Shown: one piece after another, positions 50,353 to 59,141 of the stretch
Layout: each line of letters opens with the position of its first letter
Numbering within the stretch: position 1 is the first letter of the stretch
Origin: Deltaproteobacteria bacterium
Lineage (GTDB): Bacteria; Myxococcota; Kuafuiibacteriia; Kuafuiibacteriales; Kuafuiibacteriaceae
NCBI GenBank assembly: GCA_040218735.1
Contig: JAVJQW010000021.1
Coordinates: 91,629 to 155,628 of the forward strand
Length of the DNA stretch: 64,000 bases
Direction: 5' to 3'
Notes under the pieces: model-generated
What the model was told of the DNA's origin: nothing
What the model saw: only the letters and a program-made list of their open reading frames with translations
Database searches by the model: none
Translations under genes and position numbers: made by a program

Positions 50353-50922
50353 CGTCACGTCCACGCCGGCGACCGAGAGGGCGCGCTGCGCGACGAAGTC
50401 GGCGAGGTCCGCGAACGACTCGGGCTGCTGGTAGAACGCCGGGTTCGCGGGGACGACGGTAGCGCCGGCGCGCGCGAGCTTCAGCATGTTCTCGAGGTGG
50501 ATGATCGAGAACGGGGTCTCGCGCGGGACGATCACCAGCGGGCGCCGCTCCTTCAGCGTCACGTCCGCGGCGCGCTCGATGAGGTTCGACGCCAGGCCGT
50601 TGGCGATCCCCGCGAGGGTCTTCATCGAACACGGCACCACGATCATCCCGTCGCAGCGCGCGGAGCCGCTCGCGATGCGCGAGGTCTGATCACCCACCGC
50701 GTGCATCGTGATCGAGCCGGGGTGCTCGCCGTACGCAGATTCCAGCCACGCCTTCACGTCGCCGTCGAAGGCGCCGAATGACGTCTCCTGCTCCAACGTG
50801 AGCTTGCCGTACGCAGACACCACGACGTCCACGTCGTGCCCCGCGATCAGGAGCGCGCGCACCACGCGCTCGAAGTAGAGCGCGCCGCTCGCGCCGGTGC
50901 CTGCGACGGTGTAGCGGCCCAT
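50299..50922 (-). CDS. ubiX: UbiX-family flavin prenyltransferase (prenyl-FMN synthase)
   Basis: MGRYTVAGTGASGALYFERVVRALL... and MIVVPCSMKTLAGIANGLASNLIERAADVTLKERRPLVIVPRETP match canonical UbiX/Pad1 motifs. Length is 207 aa. Confidence 0.9.
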   Translation of the reverse strand: MGRYTVAGTGASGALYFERVVRALLIAGHDVDVVVSAYGKLTLEQETSFGAFDGDVKAWLESAYGEHPGSITMHAVGDQTSRIASGSARCDGMIVVPCSMKTLAGIANGLASNLIERAADVTLKERRPLVIVPRETPFSIIHLENMLKLARAGATVVPANPAFYQQPESFADLADFVAQRALSVAGVDVTLFPAWQGKASLKKNEQE

Positions 50923-50923
50923 G

Positions 50924-52288
50924 TCACTTCCTCCCCAGGAGCGCGTTGACGTCGACCCGATCCCACACGTCCTGCGGGACGGTGTTCTTCGTGACTTCTC
51001 GCGCGCCGACGATGCGGCGCGTGGCGTCGATCCCCATCTTCGTTACGCGCCCCTCGGCGTTGGTGCACGAAGGGTCGAGCGGCGTCCCGAGCGTGTCTTC
51101 GAACAAGTGCACGTCGACGTTCGCTTGAGTAGATAGCGCCATCGCGCCGAGTACCTGCCGCAGGTCGCTGGGGTCGACGGTCGCGTCCACGACGATCACG
51201 TGTTTGCGGTAGATGTCCGCGTTCAGCAGCGCGTCCATCACGCGCTGCGGCTCGTCGTCGTCGGCTTTGTCCATCGCGACGACCAGCGTGAACGGCGCGG
51301 GCAGCGCGACGCCGACGACGTTCTCGCTCGCCGCCATCGCGTCCCGCTTCGCGCGGCTCTCGATCGCGAGCATCGGCAACACGAGGTGCTCCATGTGCCC
51401 GCTGACCACGTCCTGGAAGATCGCGTCGTTCCGTTCGCAGATCGCGGTGACTTCGAACACCGGCGTCGTGGTCGCGCCGGTGCCGTACCCCGTGAACTCA
51501 CCGAAGGGGCCCTCGGGCGTCGTGACGTCGTGTTTCACCACGCCCTCCAACACGATCTCCGCGCGCGCCGGTACCAGGACGTCCTGCGTCTTGCCGCGCA
51601 CGAGCTCGAGCGGCTCGCCGAGGAGCCCGCCGATGACGTCGTACTCCGCGACGTCCGCCGAGCCGGAGTAGAGCGCTCCGAGCATCCACGACGGGTGCGC
51701 GCCGATGAACACGCCGATCGGCATGTCGCGTTTCGCGGCGACGTACTTTTGGAAGATGCCGTCGAGGTGTTTGCCCTTCTCGATGAAGATGCCGGTGTGG
51801 TTTCGGTCGATCACCATCAGCCGGTGAAAGCTCAGGTTGGTGACGCCGGTGTCCGGGTCCGCCGCGCAGACGATCGCGCAGGTGACGTACGGCGCGTCGG
51901 CGTCGTGCTCGTGGTAGACGAGCGCCGGGAAGCGCGACAGATCCACGGCCTCGCCGGTGTCGACGTTTTCGTGCACCGGCGCGTCCTCGACGATGTTCGG
52001 GGCGACGAGGTGGTCCACCGCGGCGTCGTAGCGTTCGACCGCCTCGCGGAGCCCGCAGTCCAGGGCGAGCGCGACACGACCCTGGGACCCGCAGACGTTG
52101 GTGACCAACGGGTACCGCGTGCCCGCGACCTTCTCGAAGTACACCAGCGGTGAGCGTCGCTTCTCTTCGAGGCGCGCGACGATCGCGCACGTCTCGAAGC
52201 GCGGGGAGACCTCGTGCTCCACACGGAGCAGATCACTCTTGCGACGCTGTTCGAGCAGCTCCAGGAAGCCACGGAGATCGGCGGTCAC
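50924..52288 (-). CDS. UbiD-family (prFMN-dependent) reversible decarboxylase
   Basis: DLRGFLELLEQRR..LLRVEHEVSP is the UbiD N-terminal signature. The body runs through ...GPFGEFTGYG...VDATVDP. The most plausible start is GTG at 52288 (VTADLRGFL), which overlaps the upstream ligase stop (GTGA). The track's N-terminal extension to 52462 is Arg-rich. Confidence 0.85.
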   Translation of the reverse strand: MTADLRGFLELLEQRRKSDLLRVEHEVSPRFETCAIVARLEEKRRSPLVYFEKVAGTRYPLVTNVCGSQGRVALALDCGLREAVERYDAAVDHLVAPNIVEDAPVHENVDTGEAVDLSRFPALVYHEHDADAPYVTCAIVCAADPDTGVTNLSFHRLMVIDRNHTGIFIEKGKHLDGIFQKYVAAKRDMPIGVFIGAHPSWMLGALYSGSADVAEYDVIGGLLGEPLELVRGKTQDVLVPARAEIVLEGVVKHDVTTPEGPFGEFTGYGTGATTTPVFEVTAICERNDAIFQDVVSGHMEHLVLPMLAIESRAKRDAMAASENVVGVALPAPFTLVVAMDKADDDEPQRVMDALLNADIYRKHVIVVDATVDPSDLRQVLGAMALSTQANVDVHLFEDTLGTPLDPSCTNAEGRVTKMGIDATRRIVGAREVTKNTVPQDVWDRVDVNALLGRK

Positions 52289-53766
52289 GTCGAGGGCACC
52301 AGCGACGGGATCTTGCCGCGGTTGATCTTCCCCGACCCGGTCTTCGGGAGCTCCGCGACGACGTGCAGCTCGCGCGGCACACGCACGAAGCTCATGTGTT
52401 CGAGGCAGTGCGGTCGCAGCTCGGCCATCGTCAGCGACTGGCCGGCCTCCAACACGACACACGCGATGAGACGCTCGCCCATGCGGTCGTCGGGCACCGC
52501 GAACACGGCGGACTCGACGATCGCGTCGTGGCGATTCAGGACATCCTCGATCTCCTGCGGGAACACACGCTCGCCTGCGAGCTTCATCATGTCGGACTTG
52601 CGCCCGACCAGGAACAGGTGCCCGTCGTCGAGGCGCCCGAGGTCACCGGTGCGCAGGCGCCCCTTCGCGTCGAGGCGCCCGGAGGTGACCTCGTCGCCCG
52701 ACACGTAACCCTTCATGATGTTCGGACCGCTCGCGACGACCTCGCCGACCTCCCCCAGGGGGAGGACCTCGTCGTCGTCGCCGAGGATCTCCACGAGCAC
52801 GTTCGACAGCGGACGGCCCGCAGTCCCCCGACGACCGAAGAGATCTTCGGGCGACGCGTACGTGATGCGCGGCGCGGCCTCCGTCTGACCGTAGGCCGTG
52901 TGGATACCGACGCCCTCGCCCAGCGCCTCGCGCAACTTGTCTTGCTCGGTGAGCGACAGCGCGCCGCCGGTGCACAGGACGTACTTCAGGTCCGGCGTCT
53001 CGGCCGCCGCGAACGACTTCATCAGCGACTTGAAGTGATAGGGCACGCCCGAGAATCCGGTGACGCGGTGATCGACGATCTCCTGCACCACCTTCTTGGG
53101 GAAGTGAAAGCCGGCCGAGAAGACGAGGGTCCCGCCGATCATCGCGTGCATCAGGATCTGCATGCGCCCGTGCACGAAGTAACTCGGCACCACGACCAAG
53201 ATGCTGTCGTTGGCGTCGAGGTGCATCCAGTCGTTCGCGGCCGTGAGGTTCGACGCGAAGTTTTCGTGCGACAGCATCACGCCCTTCGGGCGCCCCGTCG
53301 TGCCGGACGTGTAGACGACGAGCGCGACGTCGTCCGGCTCGCGCGGGTTGGCTGGCCGCACCTCGGACTCCCCGAGCTCGAGGATGTTCGACACCACCGC
53401 AGGTTTGTGCCCGAGCGGCGTGCCGCCCTCGATCTTTTCGAGGAGCGCGGGCTCTGCGACGAGCGCCTTCGGTTTTGCCTCTTCGAGGATCGTCTCGATC
53501 GTGCCGCGCTGCGCGAGGCCGGGGAGGTCGACGTTGACCGCCCCGAGCTTCAACACCCCCCAGAACGCGACGAACCCCTCCAGCGCGTTGCCCCACAACA
53601 GGGACACGCGGTCACCCGGGGCGACGCCGATCGAGGCGAGGTGCGCCGCGACCGCGTTGCTTCGCCGGTCGAGCGCACCGTAGGTGATGGAGGTGTCCGG
53701 GAAGACCGCGGCGAGGTGCTCGGGGTCCCGGTCGGCGGCGCGCGTCAGGAAGTCGACGAGGCGCAC
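52285..53766 (-). CDS. AMP-dependent synthetase/ligase (adenylate-forming enzyme, DltA/acyl-CoA-synthetase-like)
   Basis: LVVYTSGTTGRPKGVMLSHEN (AMP-binding motif I), YGQTEAAPRITY, GDLGRLDDGHLFLVGRKSDMMKLAGERVFPQEIE and the C-terminal LPKTGSGKINRGK. Start is taken at GTG 53766 (VRLVDFLTRAADRDPEHLAAVF); no ATG occurs within 60 codons, so the start is uncertain. Confidence 0.85.
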   Translation of the reverse strand: MRLVDFLTRAADRDPEHLAAVFPDTSITYGALDRRSNAVAAHLASIGVAPGDRVSLLWGNALEGFVAFWGVLKLGAVNVDLPGLAQRGTIETILEEAKPKALVAEPALLEKIEGGTPLGHKPAVVSNILELGESEVRPANPREPDDVALVVYTSGTTGRPKGVMLSHENFASNLTAANDWMHLDANDSILVVVPSYFVHGRMQILMHAMIGGTLVFSAGFHFPKKVVQEIVDHRVTGFSGVPYHFKSLMKSFAAAETPDLKYVLCTGGALSLTEQDKLREALGEGVGIHTAYGQTEAAPRITYASPEDLFGRRGTAGRPLSNVLVEILGDDDEVLPLGEVGEVVASGPNIMKGYVSGDEVTSGRLDAKGRLRTGDLGRLDDGHLFLVGRKSDMMKLAGERVFPQEIEDVLNRHDAIVESAVFAVPDDRMGERLIACVVLEAGQSLTMAELRPHCLEHMSFVRVPRELHVVAELPKTGSGKINRGKIPSLVPST

Positions 53767-53771
53767 GCGGT

Positions 53772-54017
53772 TCAGCTCTTGCGGCTGTCGATGTACGACG
53801 CGAGCTTGACGACGCTCCCGAACTGCTCCGGATCGATGTCGTCGAGGTCGACCTGGAAGCCGAAGTTGTCCTCGATCCAAACGACCAACTCCATGATCGC
53901 GGTGGAGTCGATGACGTCGGCGAGGTTGGTCTCGCGCTCGAGGTCCGACTTACCGGCCGCGAGCTCGCTGCTGATGTACGTGAGGAGCTTCTGTTCGATC
54001 TCCGCCGTTTTGCTCAT
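53772..54017 (-). CDS. Acyl/peptidyl carrier protein (phosphopantetheine-binding)
   Basis: 81 aa: MSKTAEIEQKLLTYISSELAAGKSDLERETNLADVIDSTAIMELVVWIEDNFGFQVDLDD. The D-S-T/A motif sits at the canonical serine position. ATG (complement of 54015-54017) overlaps the upstream stop (ATGA). The 251-aa track ORF upstream part is Arg-rich junk. Confidence 0.85.
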   Translation of the reverse strand: MSKTAEIEQKLLTYISSELAAGKSDLERETNLADVIDSTAIMELVVWIEDNFGFQVDLDDIDPEQFGSVVKLASYIDSRKS

Positions 54018-55111
54018 GACTCGACTGCATACTCCCGGATTTTTTCCCGCGCAACGCTCAGTCCGAGGCCTGGATCGTCGGGATCCACCCCGAAGGGGGC
54101 CGGCGGTTCGACCAGAACATCGTGAGACAACAGGTGGTGGTTCTGCCCCTTCCCGTCGAGGCAGTCGAACCCCTCGACCCGCGTCGCAAAAACCTCGGTC
54201 GCACGCGTGAGCACCCCGGTCTCCCCCACCATCGTCCCGAGGTGAACCCGCAGGTCGTGCGCGCGGGCCACTTCGACGATCCGCTTCGCGCGCACCATCC
54301 CGCCCAGCTTGCCGAGGCGCACGTTGAACACGTCCGCGGCCCCCATCGCCGCGATGCGCTCCGCGTCCGCGAGGTGGATCAGGGCCTCGTCGACCATCAC
54401 GCGGTGCCCCGCCTCCCGGATGCGGACGAGGCCGTCGAGATCGGCGGCGGGGATCGGCTGCTCGATCGACGCGATGTCCACGCCGTCGAGCGCGTTCAGC
54501 TTCTCGATCGTCTCCTCCACGGTCCACGCTTCGTTGGCGTCGAGGCGGATCGGGAGCTTCAGCTTCTCCCAGACGATGCGGATACGCTCCGCGTCGTCGT
54601 CGAGGCCGACCTTCACTTTGATGTGTCGACGCCGCTTGAACCTCAGGAGCGCGCAGTGTTTGGCGAGCGCGTCCGTCGCGACCTCGAACCCGATGATCAC
54701 CCCGGCGGGGAGCGCCTCGATGGACGCGGGCCCGAGGAACGCGCCGGCGCTGGTGTTCGTGGCGCGGCCGACGAGGTCGAGGAGCGCGAGCTCGAACCCG
54801 CCGAACGTCGCGAGGCGTGACTCGTGGTCGGCGATCGCATCGTCCGCAAACGCGGCGGCGGCCTCGACCGAGTCGATCGACCGGCCCGCGAAGGCGGCGA
54901 AGACCGCGGCGGCGTGTTCGGCCTTCACGGTCTCGATCGTCTCGCCGGTCACGTACGCGCGCGGTTGGATCTCGCCCCAGCCCTCGACGCCGTCGGCGTG
55001 CAGGCAGACGAGGAGCGCATCCGATGCGTGGCGCGCGTGGCTCGCGTGCTCGAACGACCCCTTGAACGGGATGCGGACGTGGAACAGCTCGTAGCGTTCA
55101 ATCGGTCCCAC
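54014..55111 (-). CDS. Enolase-superfamily enzyme of the mandelate racemase/muconate lactonizing enzyme (MR/MLE) family (dipeptide-epimerase/OSBS-like)
   Basis: KVKVGLDDDAERIRIVWEKLKLPIRLDANEAWT, then ...DVFNVRLGKLGGM...AHDLRVHLGTMVGETGV. The metal-ligand D/E/D pattern and KxK motif fit MR/MLE. Confidence 0.8.
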   Translation of the reverse strand: MGPIERYELFHVRIPFKGSFEHASHARHASDALLVCLHADGVEGWGEIQPRAYVTGETIETVKAEHAAAVFAAFAGRSIDSVEAAAAFADDAIADHESRLATFGGFELALLDLVGRATNTSAGAFLGPASIEALPAGVIIGFEVATDALAKHCALLRFKRRRHIKVKVGLDDDAERIRIVWEKLKLPIRLDANEAWTVEETIEKLNALDGVDIASIEQPIPAADLDGLVRIREAGHRVMVDEALIHLADAERIAAMGAADVFNVRLGKLGGMVRAKRIVEVARAHDLRVHLGTMVGETGVLTRATEVFATRVEGFDCLDGKGQNHHLLSHDVLVEPPAPFGVDPDDPGLGLSVAREKIREYAVES

Positions 55112-56696
55112 GGAAGCGCTCCGTGATCTCGAACCGCCCGACGAACGCGGCGTCGCGGGTGAGGTGCACGTGTTTGTACTGAAGGTCCGCGCCGCCGGCG
55201 GCGATCTTCTCCGCCTTGAGCGCCGCGTAGCTCCCGCTGGCGACTTGCCACACCTCGGGGGCGCCGAGCCGGCGTGACTTGCGTTTGCCCGCGTACTCGC
55301 CGTTGTACTTCCCGATCGCGGCGTCGAGCGTCGCGGCGGCGTGTTGGAGCATCGAACGATCGGCGGTGCCGCGGGTCTCGACGAGCAACACGTAGTGCGG
55401 CAGCTCGCCGTCGACGACGGGCGCGAGGGTGAACGACTCCACGTGTTGGTTGTCGAGGATCTCGGTGGCCGCGGCGGTCACCTGCGCTTCGGTGAGCTTC
55501 TCTCCCGTCAACGACGAGGTCCGGCCCGTGCGGTGCAGGAACTCCACGACCGGCGTCGTGCCCTCGAAGCGCTTCACCCGGACGACGTCGCCGATGTCGT
55601 AGCGGTAGAGGCCGGCGCGGTTGGTGAGCACCACGACGTACTCGCCGCCGACCTCGGCTTCGTGCGGGAGGATCGTCTCCGTCGAGTCTTCGGGCCTCAG
55701 CTCGTAGAAGCAGATCCCCACGCCGAGCGCGCCGCCCGACTCGCCGTCGGCGAGCGGGATCGCGAGGATGCCCTCCGACGCCATCGACACGTAGTCACGC
55801 ACCGCGACGCCGCCGAGGTGGGGCTCGAGGCGTTCGAGGTACGGCGCGAGCATCGGCGAGCGCCAGGACACCGCGAGCTCGAGCGCCGGGAAGGCCTTCG
55901 CCGCCGGGAGCCGCGGGAAGTCCGCGGCCAGGAGACCGCGCAGTTCTTTCGCGCGCGCGGGGTTCGGCGCGATCGCTTCGAGCACCGCGGCGCGGGCTTC
56001 GTCGTCGATGGAATACACATCGGACAACGTGCCGTTTTCGACGTCGGCGAGGAGCCGATCGAGCTGGTCTTCGAGGGTCTTGAACAGCAGCAGGATCGTG
56101 CTCGGGTTGAGCGCCATGATCGCGGTGAACTCGCGTTCGAGTAACACCCGGGCGATCGCGTAGTAGCGCGCGTCGTGATCCGCGATCTTCGAAACGGCGC
56201 GCGGGACGACGGGTTTCTTGCGTTGGGTCGCCGCCGTGACGCTCGCCCAGTACGCGCTCTCGGAGCTCGTCGGCAGCCCGCCCGCCGACGGCTCGGGCCG
56301 TCCAGCGTCCGAGAAGTTCGTGACCATGCGCCCCTTCGCGACGCCGGGATGCTGAGAGAATACGAGGTCCCAGAAGATCCCGAACGCCCGCGACTTGTCG
56401 CGGATGAAGCTTTGCGTGACCGGGATGTACTTGGGTCGCGCGGTCGAGCCGCTCGTGGTGAAGAAACGCTTCGTCGGCTCGGTGGTCAGGACCGCGGCTT
56501 CACCGCGGTCGATGCGCTCGACGTCGTCGCGAAAGCCCTCATAGTCCCGAATGGGCACCGCGCGGCGGAAGTCGTCGACGGTGCGAATCGCGCCGAAGTC
56601 GTGCGTGCGTCCGAACGCGGAGTCGACGTTCGGCGCCACGATCGAGTCCAGGAGCCACGCGGACTGCGTCGCCTCGGAGTCGGCGAGTGCGGCCAT
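55098..56696 (-). CDS. GH3-family (acyl-acid amido synthetase-like) adenylating protein
   Basis: FFTTSGSTARPKYIPVTQSF (GH3 motif TSGTS...K.IP) and YASSE-like VSMASEGILAIPL. The 533-aa product matches the size and layout of bacterial GH3 (PF03321) proteins. Start is taken at MAALADSEAT. Confidence 0.75.
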   Translation of the reverse strand: MAALADSEATQSAWLLDSIVAPNVDSAFGRTHDFGAIRTVDDFRRAVPIRDYEGFRDDVERIDRGEAAVLTTEPTKRFFTTSGSTARPKYIPVTQSFIRDKSRAFGIFWDLVFSQHPGVAKGRMVTNFSDAGRPEPSAGGLPTSSESAYWASVTAATQRKKPVVPRAVSKIADHDARYYAIARVLLEREFTAIMALNPSTILLLFKTLEDQLDRLLADVENGTLSDVYSIDDEARAAVLEAIAPNPARAKELRGLLAADFPRLPAAKAFPALELAVSWRSPMLAPYLERLEPHLGGVAVRDYVSMASEGILAIPLADGESGGALGVGICFYELRPEDSTETILPHEAEVGGEYVVVLTNRAGLYRYDIGDVVRVKRFEGTTPVVEFLHRTGRTSSLTGEKLTEAQVTAAATEILDNQHVESFTLAPVVDGELPHYVLLVETRGTADRSMLQHAAATLDAAIGKYNGEYAGKRKSRRLGAPEVWQVASGSYAALKAEKIAAGGADLQYKHVHLTRDAAFVGRFEITERFRGTD

Positions 56697-56815
56697 GTAG
56701 GCCTCGGCTTCGCGCTTGCGGAACACGCCTCGATCGATACCAGCATCGGCGGTCCGAGACGAACGTTGACTGCGCATTCGGGACGTAACAGGAACGGTCC
56801 CGCGGACGACGCGCC

Positions 56816-58273
56816 ATGCTCTTCAACTCGTTCGAGTTCCTGATCTTCTTCCCGGTCGTCGTCACCCTCTACTTCGCGGTGCCGCATCGTCTGCGGTGGG
56901 CTCTGCTGCTCTGCGCTTCCTACTTCTTCTACATGTGGTGGGTCCCGGAGTACGCGCTACTGATCGTCTTCTCCACCGTCGTCGACTACATCGCGAGCAA
57001 CCGGATGGGCGGCCTGAAGACGAAGGCCGAGCGACGCCCGTACATGTGGGTCAGCGTCGCGGTGAACCTCGGGCTGCTGTTCTTCTTCAAGTACTACAAC
57101 TGGGTGAACGAGAACGTGACCGCGGTGGTCGGGCGCGAGCTGCTGCCGCTGTCCCATCTGCTGCTGCCGATGGGCATCTCGTTCTACACGCTGCAGACGA
57201 TGAGCTACACGCTCGACGTCTACCGCGGGAAGCTGAAACCCGAGAAACACTTCGGCGTGTTCGCGCTGTACGTGTCGTTCTTCCCGCAGCTCGTCGCGGG
57301 GCCGATCGAGCGCGCGCCGAACCTGCTCCACCAGTTCTATCAGAAGCACAAGTTCGAGTACGCGCGTGCGGCGAACGGCCTGCGCCTGATGGCGTGGGGC
57401 ATGTTCAAGAAGGTCGTCGTCGCGGACCGGCTGTCGATGTTCACGTCGAGTGTGTACGTCGAGCCGCAGGCGCAAGACGGGTTGACGCTCGCGATCGCGA
57501 CCGTGCTCTTCGGCTTCCAGCTCTACTGCGACTTCTCGGGTTACTCGGACATCGCGATCGGCACCGCGCAGATCATCGGCTTCGATCTGATGGAGAACTT
57601 CAAGCGGCCGTACTTCTCGAAGAACATCGAGGAGCTGTGGGGGCGCCGCTGGCACATCTCGCTGACGAGCTGGATCAAGGACTACGTCTACAACCCGCTC
57701 GCGTTCATGTCGCGGCGCGCTTCGACCGCGCGCAAACACGCCAACATCCTCATCATCTTCCTCATCACCGGCCTGTGGCACGGCGCGGCCTGGCGGTTCG
57801 TGTTCTGGGGGATGCTCAACGGCGTCTACGTGCTCGCGCACGTGCTGACGGAGAAGCCGCGCAAGAAGCTGCGCGAGGTCACGGGGCTCGAGAAGCACCC
57901 GCGCGTGCTCGCGGCGCTCGGGATCGCGTTCACGTTCTTCATCTTCGTGGTCGGCTCGGTGCCGTTCCTCGCGAAGGACATGAGCGACGCCTGGTACATC
58001 CTCACGCACATGTTCGGCGGCTGGAGCGGCGCTGCGCTCTCGGCGTTCCTCGCGAACACGGGCGCGACGATCGGCAAGACGAACTTCGCGCTCGGGCTGA
58101 TCGGCGTGGCGATCCTCTTCACGGTGGAGCTCTTCCAGGAGCGCGTCCGCATCCGCGAGTACCTGAACGCAAAGCCCGCGTGGATCCGGTGGTCGCTGAC
58201 GTACGGCCTCATCCTCTACATCGCACTGTTCGGCGTCTTCGAGTACGACGAGTTCATCTACTTCCAGTTCTGA
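56816..58273 (+). CDS. MBOAT-family membrane-bound O-acyltransferase (DltB/AlgI-like)
   Basis: MLFNSFEFLIFFPVVVTLYF..., ...GISFYTLQTMSYTLDVYRG..., ...NFKRPYFSKNIEELWGRRWHISLTSWIKDYVYNPL... carry the conserved His (WHIS) and the AlgI/DltB N-terminal pattern. It is multi-pass hydrophobic. Confidence 0.95.
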   Translation: MLFNSFEFLIFFPVVVTLYFAVPHRLRWALLLCASYFFYMWWVPEYALLIVFSTVVDYIASNRMGGLKTKAERRPYMWVSVAVNLGLLFFFKYYNWVNENVTAVVGRELLPLSHLLLPMGISFYTLQTMSYTLDVYRGKLKPEKHFGVFALYVSFFPQLVAGPIERAPNLLHQFYQKHKFEYARAANGLRLMAWGMFKKVVVADRLSMFTSSVYVEPQAQDGLTLAIATVLFGFQLYCDFSGYSDIAIGTAQIIGFDLMENFKRPYFSKNIEELWGRRWHISLTSWIKDYVYNPLAFMSRRASTARKHANILIIFLITGLWHGAAWRFVFWGMLNGVYVLAHVLTEKPRKKLREVTGLEKHPRVLAALGIAFTFFIFVVGSVPFLAKDMSDAWYILTHMFGGWSGAALSAFLANTGATIGKTNFALGLIGVAILFTVELFQERVRIREYLNAKPAWIRWSLTYGLILYIALFGVFEYDEFIYFQF

Positions 58274-58283
58274 CGGTGCCGAC

Positions 58284-59141
58284 GTGAAGAAGTTCCTCAC
58301 CAAGTTCGCGATCCACGCCGTCACGCTCCCGGTGTTGTTCATCCTCATCTACCGCGGCGCGGTGGAGGGGCATCAGTGGCTCCGCACGCGAGGCTCGACG
58401 GAGGCGCTCTACGTCATCGGCGACTCACGCGTCGTGCACGGGCTCGACATCGTGACGCTGGAGGAGAAGCTCGGCGTCCCGGTGCACAGCTACGCGACGC
58501 ACGGGATGAGCACGTACAACATCTACGTCATCGCGGAGCTGCTGCCCGACGGTGCGAAGGTGATGTTGTCGCCGAGCCTCGGGATGTTCCTCCGCGAGAA
58601 GGAGTTCATGTCCTTCGAGTCGGCGATCTCCCTCGCCGGGCTCTACCAGCTGTACGACCTCGGCTACGAGTGGTGGTACTTCGACAAGGTCCTCACCGCG
58701 AACCGTTACCCGTTCGGCGTGCAGCACTTCCGCTTCAACCGCGAGGCGTTCCCGATCACCGACGGCCCCGACCTCGAGAAGAGCGAGCGCTTCCGGCGCA
58801 TCTACGAGAACCTGAAGTCACCGCCCCCGCGCTTCGCGAAGAACGAGCGCATGTTCGAGCTGGCATTGGAGATCATGCTCGAGAAGGGCTGCGACGTTCG
58901 CGTCGTCGAGTTCCCGCTCACCGAGCAGCTGCGCACGATGCGCAAGGCGTCGATCTTCGCGAGCTTCACGGACGAGATCGAGATCCTGAAGGACCCGCGC
59001 CTGAAGGTGTGGCTCGACGTCGAGCTCGAGGACCCGGAGGGCCGCAACCTCTTCTACGACATGGACCACCTCAACGAGCGTGGCCGAGGGCTCATGACCG
59101 CGTGGGTCTACGAAAACGTCGTCGGACCGTCCGCGCCGTAA
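58284..59141 (+). CDS. DltD/AlgJ/AlgX-like SGNH-fold partner protein of the MBOAT
   Basis: It is 10 nt downstream of the MBOAT. A single N-terminal TM (KFAIHAVTLPVLFILIY) is followed by YVIGDSRVVHG (GDS(L) block I) and a later DHLNERG (D-H pair). This is the canonical DltD/AlgJ arrangement. Confidence 0.75.
   Translation: MKKFLTKFAIHAVTLPVLFILIYRGAVEGHQWLRTRGSTEALYVIGDSRVVHGLDIVTLEEKLGVPVHSYATHGMSTYNIYVIAELLPDGAKVMLSPSLGMFLREKEFMSFESAISLAGLYQLYDLGYEWWYFDKVLTANRYPFGVQHFRFNREAFPITDGPDLEKSERFRRIYENLKSPPPRFAKNERMFELALEIMLEKGCDVRVVEFPLTEQLRTMRKASIFASFTDEIEILKDPRLKVWLDVELEDPEGRNLFYDMDHLNERGRGLMTAWVYENVVGPSAP

Noticed and set aside
52643-53596. 317-aa minus-strand alternative frame within the ligase gene, and similar R-rich ORFs at 54309-55094 and 55341-56144
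   Set aside because: They are shadow frames of the AMP-ligase, MR/MLE and GH3 genes, with typical GC-artefact composition.
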